From Parasitella parasitica NRRL 2501 (lineage: Eukaryota; Fungi; Mucoromycota): a stretch of DNA of 64,000 nucleotides. Both the position numbers and the translations under genes were made by a program. The DNA is taken from NCBI GenBank assembly GCA_025201805.1, contig MU619260.1, positions 1 to 64,000 of the forward strand, in the 5' to 3' direction. Positions 24,901-36,366 of the stretch are shown here, one piece after another; within the stretch, counting starts at the first letter, position 1; each line of letters starts with the position of its first letter. A model generated the notes under the pieces. That model saw only the letters and a program-made list of their open reading frames with translations, searched no databases and was not told the DNA's origin.

Positions 24901-26233
24901 CAAATGCTATTCTTCTTTATTTGCGTATGGTACTTACACAACCTCGTCATCATAATCATCCTCTTCCTCTTCTTCGTCTTCCTCTTGCATCAGTTCATCT
25001 TCTTCGCCGTCCTCGACAAAATTAGGATCGTACTTTACATAATCCAATGCAAGGCTGGTAATGTCAGGGATAAAAGGCGAGACTTCGATGGGACATCTTA
25101 AAACAAAGGATTCGAGCGTTTGAAGGCAAATTTCACGCAATTCGTCATCTTCCTCGGCCTTGGAACTACAATCTGCAATAATAGGAACAAGCTGAGCAAG
25201 ATGTTTGCCTAAACGAGCAGTATTGTAACGACTGCAAAGAGATGTTTAGTACGGTCGCATGAGAGATCTTGGAAACTCAAGATACCTCAAAACACCTGCA
25301 CATTGCACCAATGTTCGTACTTTCTCGCTCGAATTGGCATTGCTGTTCAAGCCCTCCATTATAAAAGAGAATATCTGGTTGAACAGCTTATCGTTTGTGT
25401 GAACGACGAGACACCCAATGCAAATAGTAACTCTTTTACGAATGGCGGCACGATTATGTGAGAGCATTGGCAATAATATGGATTGGATTTGAGTCTGTTG
25501 TTCCAGGGAAATCTGACCTCCAAATCGAGCCAAAACTTCAGACAAGATGTCTAAAGTATCCATTTGCATTTCATAAGATGCGTCAGCCTATGTCAAATAT
25601 AAGTAAAACCACATACACACATGCTGTACTATCGAACTAATGCATTACCTTTTGAATGATAGCCAATAGTTTAGGGATGATACGAGCGCATACTTGGTTC
25701 CCTCGGACAGAATCGACCTTGCCAACTACAGTCTTCAAGCCTACAACAGTGTCAGGCACATTGTTCCTTCCTAGTTGTGTCAACCTTACCAATGCAAGCG
25801 ATGCCGCGCAATTCGTCATTCTTTTGTTGAGAGGCATATTCGTTCAAGCGGTCGATGATCTGCAGCAAATTCTCTTCCTTTGTTTGCCTTACTAACGGAC
25901 CAAGGCTACTATTGTGTTAGCTTGCAGCAGACATTCATTGTTGCAGTGAGAGCTCACCATTTGACGGCCAGATTTTGCACTTCGCCGTTTTTATCGTCCA
26001 TGAGCAATAATACTGCTCTGACAACTTTTTCTTCAATCATGGCTTCCATATGGAATGACTCTTTTTGGAGCTCATTCATTAAATCATTGAGAGCCATATA
26101 GCGGAAGTCTCTGTCCTCATTGCTCATCTACTTTTACTGTTTACATCAACGCAATCCCAATGTCAACAAGATTACATACCTTTTCCAACAAGTTGGCAAC
26201 CATATACGCGTTTGTACCTTGCTGCGACATCAT
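21951..26233 (-). CDS. CAND1: Cullin-associated NEDD8-dissociated protein 1 (TIP120), multi-exon
   Basis: [105 protein letters not shown]. Confidence 0.96.
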
Positions 26234-26454
26234 GGCTGTGTGCTGAATGTTAGTAAACGTTGACTATAATTATAAATCGCACATTCACCTATACGTCTTT
26301 TGTTATACAGAACCAAAAAAAAAGAAAAGTAAATGATACAGCGTAAATGCGTATTGCAACACTGGATAATGCTCTGCTGAACTAGTCACGGTGATAAGAT
26401 CTCAACTGGATGCACCATATTTCGAACGCTCCTTTCACTTGTAAAAAAAAAAAA
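26234..26454. promoter_or_regulatory. Probable compact bidirectional promoter (CAND1 / INTS11)
   Basis: Only 221 bp separate the two divergent start codons. Confidence 0.5.
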
Positions 26455-28463
26455 ATGCCTATTGAAGTAGTGCCATTGGGGGCAGGTAGATAAGTAATGC
26501 ACATGTAGCAGACATTGCATCTAAAGCCAATTTTGCACAGGACAAGATGTTGGAAGAAGCTGTATCTTGGTCACCATTGGCGGCAAGAACATTATGCTTG
26601 ATTGTGGTAATTGCAACTATATACAGCTAGGCAGCAGCAAATTCATTCCTTTCTTTTTTTGTTGTTGTTTTTCCAGGAATGCATATGGGATATCAAGACG
26701 AACGACGATTCCCAGACTTTAGTTACATCTCAAAGACAGGAAATTACACCGATATCTTGGATGCTGTGATTATCTCTCATTTCCACCTGGATCATTGCGG
26801 CGCTCTACCGTTTTTCACCGAGATGTGTGGCTACGATGGCCCCATCTACATGACACATCCTACAAAAGCAATATGTCCAATTTTATTAGAGGACTACAGA
26901 AAGATTACAGTCGAACGTAAAGGAGAAACCAACTTTTTTACATCTGCCATGATCAAAAACTGCATGAAAAAGGTCATCCCTATCAATTTACACCAGACCC
27001 TCAAAGTAGACGATGACATTGAGATAAAGGCTTATTATGCTGGACATGTATTAGGCGCAGCGATGATCTACATTCGAGTCGGCCAAGAGTCTCTTGTTTA
27101 TACTGGCGATTACAACATGACGCCCGATCGCCACTTGGGTAGTGCCTGGATTGATAAAGTCAGGCCCGATGTGTTGATTACAGAGAGCACTTATGCTACG
27201 ACGATCCGTGATTCAAAGCGTTCTCGTGAACGAGATTTTCTCACCAAAGTGCATGACTGTGTGGCAAATGGTGGCAATGTCATTATCCCTGTGTTTGCAT
27301 TAGGCCGCGCGCAGGAATTGTGTATCTTGATAGAGTCCTACTGGGATCGAATGGGGTTGGATGTGCCAATTTACTTTTCAACAGGGCTGACAGAACGAGC
27401 CACCGAGTTTTACAAGCTGTTCATCAACTGGACAAATCAAAAGATCAAATCAACGTTTGCTCAAAGAAACGCATTTGATTTCAAGCACATCAAAGCTTGG
27501 AGAAAAGATTATCTGGATAACAAGGGACCTATGGTGCTATTTGCTACACCGGGAATGCTGAACGCAGGTACATCTTTGCAGGTGTTTACCAAATGGGCTC
27601 CTGATCCTAAGAATATGGTCATTATGCCTGGTTACTGTGTTGCCGGAACAGTCGGCGCCAAAGTGTTATTGGGGCAGAGTCTGATTGAGGTGGACAAGTT
27701 TACTCAAATCAAGGTCAATTTGCAAGTAAAAAATCTGTCATTCAGTGCTCATGCAGATGCAAAAGGGATCATGCAATTGATCCGTATGTGCGAACCAAGA
27801 AATGTCGTTCTTGTGCATGGTGAGCGTGGAAAAATGGACTTTTTGAGGAGCAACATAATGAAAGAATTTGGGATTGCTTGTTATATGCCTGCAAACGGGT
27901 GTAGCATCAAGATGGAAACAAGCCGAGCATTAGAAGCCAAGATTAGCACAGATTTACTAAAATCGTTATTAGCCAACCACAATAGCAAGATACCCTCTGT
28001 AACCTTGTCAGAATCATCAAGGCCCAATACGTCCGTGCCTATTAATGCCACATTGCTAATGCATTTTAACAACAACAAGCAACAACAGCAGACAGCTCCC
28101 TCTATCGAAATTGTGAAATCAGACGAATTTGAAACTGCTGAAAAGCAATTTGAACATCGTGAACTGTATTTCCAAGTAGAGAAGGCATTTCAAGTCTCTA
28201 GCCTTTTATCAGACATGGCTCATACCGAATTGATAACTGAGGATTCACAAAGAAGAGTACTAGATTTATTGCAAGTGGCATTGACAAGGACAATCGGACA
28301 GACATGTTCTATCCAACGCAAAGCTGCTAGCATCATAATTCGAAGCGTCTCCTTATGGTTGCAAAATTTGCAGACTGTCTGTGTCAAGTGGAGTTTTGAA
28401 GATGAAGATTTGGCTAGTTTTATATTGGGCACAGTGAATACAGTCTTATATGACCAGCAGTGA
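26455..28463 (+). CDS. INTS11: Integrator complex subunit 11 (CPSF3L, MBL/beta-CASP endonuclease), 3 exons
   Basis: [11 protein letters not shown]|[22 protein letters not shown]|[72 protein letters not shown]; these match the INTS11 versions of the motifs rather than CPSF73. Confidence 0.93.
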
Positions 28464-29819
28464 TAGTCAAATTTGTCTGAATTATACATAAACAAGCACC
28501 CTTTCCTTTCCTGCTAGCATATAATTCGACACTTGTTTAGTGTTGTAAATTCATACAAGAAACCTTTTTCAAGAGCGCAAGTAATGCGACTTGACTGAAA
28601 AAACGGGGTTTACAGCAGATATACTCTGTGTTTGATAATACCTTTGTTTTTCTTATCAAGGGTATCAATTTAAGTGCTACTGAGGATTATTTGGAAAAAT
28701 GAGTATTGCCTCGGACAAGAAAGTATAGTACTCGTAGGGTAAATTCATGTTGCATTATTAGCCAACTTGGTCGCGAGAGAGGTCCACAAAGTAGTGACTC
28801 CGGCATAGATAAACTTCATTAGCAAGACCTTCAAGACCTGCTGATTAAGGAAAAGTTCAATACAGCTATCAGATTAGGGTATGGTCCCAAGGCCCTGAAG
28901 ACATGACAATGGGGAACAACAGTCAATGTAGCTAAATATGTACCAACGCTAAATATAAAGCTTTCACAAGGCTATTGCATGGAAGAATGGTGATTTGTCA
29001 TCCCAAAGCTACGATAAAAGTTAACCAAGAATAGCTCGTTGATTATCTGGAAGTGATACTGCTGATGATGAAGGGTACGCTTGAGTCTATCACCTGACAT
29101 TTGATTTGTGTGCATTAAGCAATTCACATATCAACGGCTTCCTTTTCAGTTCAGACAGATAAAATTGTAGCTGTTAAATCAGGTGCAGATCTAGAAAGAT
29201 ATTTATAGCATTTTCACTGCACCTGTCTATTACTATCTCCCCAGAAACATACGTAAAATAAAAAGTCAAATCGTATTCAAATTTTAATTTAATATATTCA
29301 AGGCATCAAACAAGCTACGCCGCTCTAAATGCAGTTGAATAAAAGCAACATATTGCAGCAAATCAAATCGAATACGTCAAAGAACATCTAGTAATTCGCA
29401 GCCAGGGAGCTAACAATGAACTTGGCGACTTGGCACAAAGAGTCTCCAGTTCACACCAGATTTTTATTGTGCTAGTATGAACTCCAGTACTTCCTGCTTT
29501 GATGCCATGCAGCTCCGCTCAGCATTTGATTCCTACATCTGATGGCTGTCTGCAATAAAGATTGGGACGACACATACCGATAATCAGCAAGACAATGGTT
29601 ATTCATTTATGTAAGTCAAATGCTTCGCCACTTATAGTTGTATATACCTCTAAGTGAGCTCAGATGGCACATGAACAATATTGAAGTCGCTCGCTTGTTG
29701 GTAAATAATAGTATGCTGGTTGTCATAGGCTGTAAAAACCTCACATTCTGTCAAATCTGACAAGACTATCTGATTCGGCCAAGCTCCTTGTCATGATTCT
29801 CATTGCTAATTGATCTTTC

Positions 29820-29828
29820 TATATAAAA
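29820..29828 (+). promoter_or_regulatory. TATA box of the ARC-like gene
   Basis: TATATAAAA 60 nt upstream of the ATG at 29880, which has an A-rich start context. Confidence 0.55.
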
Positions 29829-29879
29829 GGCTTCCAATTTCTTCCATATTCACAGCAACCATTTCATAAAAGCTTTAAA

Positions 29880-30662
29880 ATGGAATTACCCTCTTTAAGC
29901 GAATATATAAACGAGCTTTCAACGCTATTCGAAGCTCAAGATTGCTTCACCAAAGAACCAGAAAAATTTGATGAAGAGCGCAAAACCAAATCTGAACTGC
30001 TGAAAAAACGTATAGATGATTTTTCAAAAAAGTCTTTCTTTTCATTCGATGAGGACAAGAACGGCATTGACAAGCTCAATCGACAATTGCAAAACTTGAA
30101 TGCAAGGCATTGCAATTCATCTAATGATTTGTATATGATCCCAATAACACAGAGTATATTGGCAATATACTTGAAAAAGGGCGAAATACAGATGATGGTT
30201 GATATATTGGATGTTTCGACTTTTGACAGTGGATCAATCTTCTGGAGCGGCTACCATGAAAATCCCTCAGAAAGTGCTCAAAGGGCAGCTGAAAACTACA
30301 TGTACCACAACGATTTAAGGTACACAAATCTCGAGCGAACTGCAGGAGGAAGAACTGTTAACGGCTGGGAGCCCCTGAACATTTCCGAGCACTACAATGA
30401 ATTCTGGTCTCTTTTGTCTGAAAAGTATGCAAGCTCTGCTATGGGAACGGCAACTCTTGTTCTTTCTCCAGATGCGATAAGTACAAGAGGTCGTATTGTG
30501 TGGAAACGATATGAGCTTCCTGCGCTTGTTAACAACATTAAAGTGACCCAAGTAGTTGTTCTAGATCTCGACGGTAATATCATCGAAACATGGGACAAAC
30601 AAGCTATGAGTGAAGAAAATGAGCGAAATATGGAAGAATTTAAGCAGCAAGATATATCATAG
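29880..30662 (+). CDS. ADP-ribosyl cyclase / NAD+ glycohydrolase-like protein (CD38/Tox-ARC fold), intronless, 260 aa
   Basis: Motifs in order: IFWSG (W122), TNLERTAGG (E152), FWSLLSEKYASSAMG (W176, S180), VWKRYELPALVNNIKVT (E212). They parallel the CD38 active-site residues W125, E146 (TLEDTL), W189/S193 and catalytic E226. Confidence 0.72.
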   Translation: MELPSLSEYINELSTLFEAQDCFTKEPEKFDEERKTKSELLKKRIDDFSKKSFFSFDEDKNGIDKLNRQLQNLNARHCNSSNDLYMIPITQSILAIYLKKGEIQMMVDILDVSTFDSGSIFWSGYHENPSESAQRAAENYMYHNDLRYTNLERTAGGRTVNGWEPLNISEHYNEFWSLLSEKYASSAMGTATLVLSPDAISTRGRIVWKRYELPALVNNIKVTQVVVLDLDGNIIETWDKQAMSEENERNMEEFKQQDIS

Positions 30663-30805
30663 CTCATTTTTGCATTAATTCCTTACTATAAATGATCTCA
30701 CCGTTTATTTTTATCAATAAATGATAATATAATCACAAAGATGTGTATAATTAATAGAGTAGAGGTTGGGAATAAGAAAGTTTATGGTAGTTACATGTGT
30801 GCAAA

Positions 30806-32302
30806 CTAAAGCAATAAGGTCAAAGCATAAGCAATTGCAGGTATTAAAACATAACCCATCTTTGTAGGCATTGTAACGAAGGAAGCACCATTTTCGTTCA
30901 AAAATTCATCATTGGCGGATAATCCACGGATTTCTTCTTCTGCTGTAGAATTGTTGATAATGGCAGTGATCTTTTGACCAGACTTGTAGCTAGCAGAACC
31001 GAGAGAAAATTTATCTCCAACGTACTCTAAACCAGCGGCACTCAATTTATAGGGCTTGTAATCATTTAAACAGCCATCCATTCTGACTGCATCATAGCCT
31101 TCTTTTTGTATTAACTGAAGGACATTGGGAACAGCGGCCATACTGCCTGTTTCAGGGATATCATACTGGATAGCAACAAACGAGCCTTTCTTGTCTTGAT
31201 TAAAAGTCTTGTAGCTTTCAAATGTGCGGCGGTATTCTTCTTCTATCAACTCAGGTGTCTTGTGCACATAATCTTTGCCGTCAAGATTGTATCCTACGAG
31301 CACAAAGCCAAGTTCTTGCAAAATGTGTTCAGTGCGGGTATCACTACGAGCACTAAAATGCAACCTAACGTATTTCGGAGCTACATGAATCAATGATTCT
31401 ACCATGTGAGCATTGGCAATGATATCCGCCTTGATTTCTTCGTCACTCATAGTTTCTGGATCTTCTGTGGGGAGACGGTAGGTTAATCCAATCAAGTGGC
31501 CAGCATTATAAATGTTTTGCAGAACCATGGCATATTGCTGCTCTTGCAGCCTATGTATATCAATTGCGTTGATTAGTACCATGTCATGCAAAGAGAACGA
31601 AAGCAAGAACTTGCCATTTTGTATTGACGAAAAAATTGGCTCGAGTTTGCGCATTGTTTAATTGACGGGCAATACGGGCAGTTGCATCACTAGGGCCCTC
31701 GCTCTATAAATGTTTAGTATACTGACCATCAAGTATACACATGATTTGAATTTACATATGTAATGGCTATCTGGCCATCTGTTCGACAGGCAACTACTCG
31801 AGGAACAGCTGGGAGATCTTCACCTTCTAGTTGCTTTCTTTGAGCGAATACGGGTAAATCAACTTCTTTGTTATATGTGAGGCCGGCTTTAGAATAAGCG
31901 TTCTCTCTGGCATTCATGTCTTGCGCTGTCAATTCTGGATTTTCTTCGTCCTCTTCGTCTTCGTCCTCTTCGTCATCAGCTTCTTCAGGAATGGCAGGAA
32001 GAGCAGGCGAGTTCTCATCGGAGTCGTCGTCGACATCTGAATCAGGAACCTCAATAGCGTATCCAACACTCGACAAGCTATGAACAGAGTCGAGAACAGT
32101 GGTTGGCGAAGCTGCTGTTTCAATGGTAACAGCAGCAGGAGGGGCCTGTGCAGATTCCAAGCTCAATGAGCCTGCTGCTTTTGCTTCGGCATTATTTAAC
32201 ACAAGGCAAGAAAACACTATTTGGATCACAACAATTAGTATGGCCCTATAAACAAATCAATCATGTCATCCTCTTACCCGTTGCAGCAACTATATACTTC
32301 AT
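30806..32302 (-). CDS. Secreted, probably GPI-anchored CE4/NodB polysaccharide-deacetylase-like protein (degenerate active site), 4 exons
   Basis: Hydrophobic N-terminus, acidic linker, ACRTDGQIAITY|SEGP, ANFFVNTKW, YNAGHLIG, APKYVRL, GYNLDGKDY, GSFVAIQYD, GYDAVRMDGCL; hydrophobic C-terminal tail after NGAS. Confidence 0.82.
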
Positions 32303-32453
32303 TTTGATGAATGAGCAAAATACGTTTAAAAAAAAAAAATAGTATATAAAATAAGTGTAAAGCTTGACAAACCAAATTTTTTATATGTAAATGTCAGAAT
32401 TTGTATATTTAAGTTAACAATTTGTCCAAACAATATGATTTATTTGTTGGTGT

Positions 32454-35400
32454 TTATTCCTCTAATGTTGATAACAATTGTTCAGACGTCGAACAGACCT
32501 GTTTGTATTTTTGCCATAATGCGTGATTCAAGTTGTCATCGTTATCGTCGTCGTCCAAGCTATCATCATCAGCAGATGTGATAGGCGATTGGCTTCGACT
32601 ATGTGTTACTGAAGATCTACTGACTTGGCCCTCTAAATACGCCATGATCAGGTTATTCAGTAAATCAACCTGTCTTCCCGTTAATTCAGACCCAATGCGC
32701 TCAGTAAATGACAACCACAGTGAACCTAACGATTGATAAACCCTGTCCTCAGTAATGTTGTCAGGGCCAATAATAGTTTGTGCGTGGTGTGCAATGTGAA
32801 GAGCGTCCTCTAATCCTCGTGTTCTGTACGCCACATTACATGCTTTGGTGAATGCTGCGTTATTCAAAATCTAGTAAATATGTCAGCAAAACTGTACTTT
32901 TTAATACATTTATCAACTACCTTAAGACACTCTTTTCCGTACTTCTCTATAATCGAATGAAATGACAGTGTTTCTAGACCTGAATAAGCAGTGGATATTT
33001 CCATATCTAACATCATTCGCGTTTTCCAAGACGCCTCTATTCGTTTCGAATCCATCAAATGCTGCAGAGCGTTGACAAAGTCCTTCTTGATAAAACTGGT
33101 CAATGCCTGCGTAATCATGCTTGCAATGGACAAATAGGTGTCGTATTCTTGCCAAACAACTTCAAGGTCTCTATCTCCTCTTGCGCTGGTTTCGTCGATG
33201 ATAAGATCAGCATCCTCTTCAGCCTATGCCATTCTCTTTTATTAATATGCAATTGTAAAGCATATTAGTCTTAAATCTTACTTGTTCGGAAGAATATAAC
33301 AAATACAAATGTTCTAAAATTAACTGATTTTGGCTTCTTGCTAAAAAAGCGTCGAAACTATACAAATAATATTGAGCTGGTTCATGTTGGAATACCAAAT
33401 TTACAATCAAACCTTTGTACGAAACGATAATCATCACTAGGGTAGTTTGATACCTTACATATTTTGGTGGTTACTCGATCTTTCAGCTTGCTGAATGCCT
33501 GTCCACTGAAAGAGTAATTGAGTAGACCATTGTTACTGTTTTCTGTAGTTGCAGGATGTCCACTGTTTACCGCTGTACCTACTGATATGTTATCATCATA
33601 CGTAGCAGATGAATCGAGGTCTGCATACGTATGGTCTAGCTGCATAGATCCAGCCTTTTCTGTAAAAATATCATCGTCTTCAGATGTAGGTACGAGCGAG
33701 CCATCATCTTCTGCCATAACGGGGCGATTATACTCATGTATTTCTTGTCTAAACAGATTATTATCCTTGTTTATAAAATCCTTTAATTCTTCGGGTACAC
33801 ATGCATAAAGCTGATTTTTTGTGAATTTTGGCAACGAAACTCTGGCGTACATGAGTGAGAAGGGTTGTACAGGGTCTTCCATAATATTTTGCTCTGTTGC
33901 AGCTGTAACGATGGCATCACAGAACTTGAACCAACCACCTTCTGACGGAATGTCTTTCAGTAAGCTGTCTTCAGATGGCTCCACCCAAATGTATGCCCAA
34001 TAGTGACCAGTTCCACTCTTCCCATCATGATGAAATGACGCTCTCAATTCGTATGCATTTTCTTTCATATCAGGGGTATCAAAAATTGTATCAATCTTTT
34101 GTCTTTGCTCGGCTACGACTTTTTCTAAATCCTGCAATCTCGTTTCGATTTTATCCTTGGCAGAGTTCAACACGTCTTTTAAGGCATCAAGTCCTGCTGT
34201 TGCTGCTTCATCCACGTCATGCTCTCTATGCTCAAAGTAGTCCAACGTCTGCATCAGCAAATCCCGTTTGTCAGTTGCTAGAGGGCCATCTCCACCACCC
34301 TTCAATTTTTCCATTTCAAGTCGAGATGTCACCATCTCTTTACGGCAAGCCTCCATTTCTCGAAATCCCATCAAAGAGGTATTCTTATTTTCTGACATGT
34401 ATCTGTCCATGTAGATTGTTTTATCGATTTTGTATTCAAATGTTGACTTTTTAGGTGCTGTTCTGTTTTCCAAGACAATAATTAAAATAGGTGGTATTTG
34501 CGTGAAAGTTGTCAGCTTGTAAGAGCCTTCCTCCTCATCTGATAAAGATGGGTCAGCATCAATTTCGCTATTAGGGCTAATTTCATAGGATTCGTATACT
34601 AATGGGTCGAGGCATCCGTGAAATGAGTTCATTGTTTTGTCAAGGCTGATAGTCAAATAATAAACTTCCTCGTTATCATAATCGTCACCGTATTCAATTC
34701 TTGCTTTTAGTAAGAATAAGCTAAATAATGACAGTTGGCAAACGGCATGCAAACAACACCATTATTTTAACATAATATACCTTCTGAATGTAGGTATAAA
34801 CGATACATCCATTGCTTTGTCAGATTGTTCGTCAGTTTCAACCAACCCAGCGATCATCATATCCAAAAAGCCTTCTAGTGCATTAATAACGAATCCTCTG
34901 GGGGGGTTTCATGTTTACCTTCAAAGGTTTGATCATTGAATTCCCAACCATTTGATATCAATTTAGTGCTAACCGCTCTAACGTAGTGCGATACGTTGCC
35001 ATATAATCTTTTTGTATTACCCAAAAATGCAAATAGCTTTTGCATCTCGGCCAATGCTTCCAAAGATTTCGACATGAGTTGAAGCTCACTTTCTACATGA
35101 TTTACAAATTCGACTTGTTCTTCTTCTATAGGTACCGATTCAACAATCAAAGGAGGCAAACCCATTTCAGTTGCATCTTCATTAGTGCTGTTTCCAGAGC
35201 CGTCCTTGCTAACTACATCAGTTTCGGGCTCTTTATTATCAATTGCTAAGGCTGCCATTTTATCCTCGGGTGAATCTAATGAAATCAAATCTTCTTGTTC
35301 AATGCATGGAGGCGGTGAAGGTGGTGATGATGGTGATAATGATCCAGAGGTAACAATAGGTTTCGTAATCTGTCTCTTGGTGACAACATCTCTTTTAATG

Positions 35401-36366
35401 TAACCAGGTACCGGTTCTCCAAATCCTTTCCAATAACTTTTAGGTGATCCCCACAAATACGCTGTTGGTCTAAACGACAATACTGCTTCCTGAAATGTGG
35501 TTACATGAAACAATGCTTGGACAAGCACCGGTGAGTATGCAAAATTGTATGATGGCGGTCTAAGTCCAATAGGTCTATTAAATTGTTACAAAATCACATT
35601 CAAAAGAGTATTATCATTTGATACTAACAGATCATCTAATGCCATTCTTTCAGAAGGATTTTCGGGATCTTTCCACCAAGTCAGCGAAGATTCATTTAAA
35701 AGTTGTGCTGGCGATGATGTATAGACATTGGCCGTTGTTGATGTTGCTGTATCTGATTCTTTAAAAGGCACAACACTCCATTTGCCTGAATCGTATTCTG
35801 GATAGTTGACTGATTTATCAAGTTGCACAGGCTCATCTAGGTAGAATATGTATAATGTATTAGTTGAGTGAATCAATGTTTCCAAGAAACACACATACGT
35901 TCGACAGTAGCTGCTGGTGATGGAGGTGTAACTAGGGCCTTTTTAGACGTATTACTGTCGTTAAAATTAGGATTTAATTGTTGGTTATTTTCTTCTTCTC
36001 TGCTCAGCCGTAAGGCCAGTTGCTCATCTGTTTCCATGATAGACTAGTAAATACATTTTGAGTTAATAAAATTCTAGCTTTGCTATAATCCGAGTTACTT
36101 CATTTTCATCATCGTCATCATCACTTAGAGGGGCACCCGAAAAAATGAAATCGGCAGCTCTTGCGACATCGTTATTGTATCTCTATGTATGTGCGCTAAA
36201 TGAGTGAATGCATAATGATTTGATATCATGTTAATGCTTACAGCAAGAGCTTTCTTTGCTTGACTTCTAGATACGCCCTATATTCTTTTGTTATTACTTT
36301 TTTTTTTTATCGTCGTTTAGTAAATTGATATACCAAATCTTGAAGTTGACTGATCGTGTCCTCCAT
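32454..36366 (-). CDS. UBA-UIM-USP domain protein (USP25/28/Ubp2-like architecture), apparently lacking the catalytic Cys; multi-exon
   Basis: N-terminal UBA (QLQDL-GVSRSQAKKALA-RYNNDVARAADFIF) and UIM (DEQLALRLSREEE); Cys-box-like PIGLRPPSYNFAYSPVLVQALF; FTQIPPILIIVLEN; IDKTIYMDRYM; His box YELRASFHHDGKSGTGHYWAYIW; WFKFCD. Confidence 0.8.

Noticed and set aside
28500-29800. Non-coding stretch upstream of the ARC-like gene, examined for an immunity/partner gene or TE ends
   Set aside because: No ORF of 60 aa or more in the track, and no recognisable repeat or domain remnant by eye.
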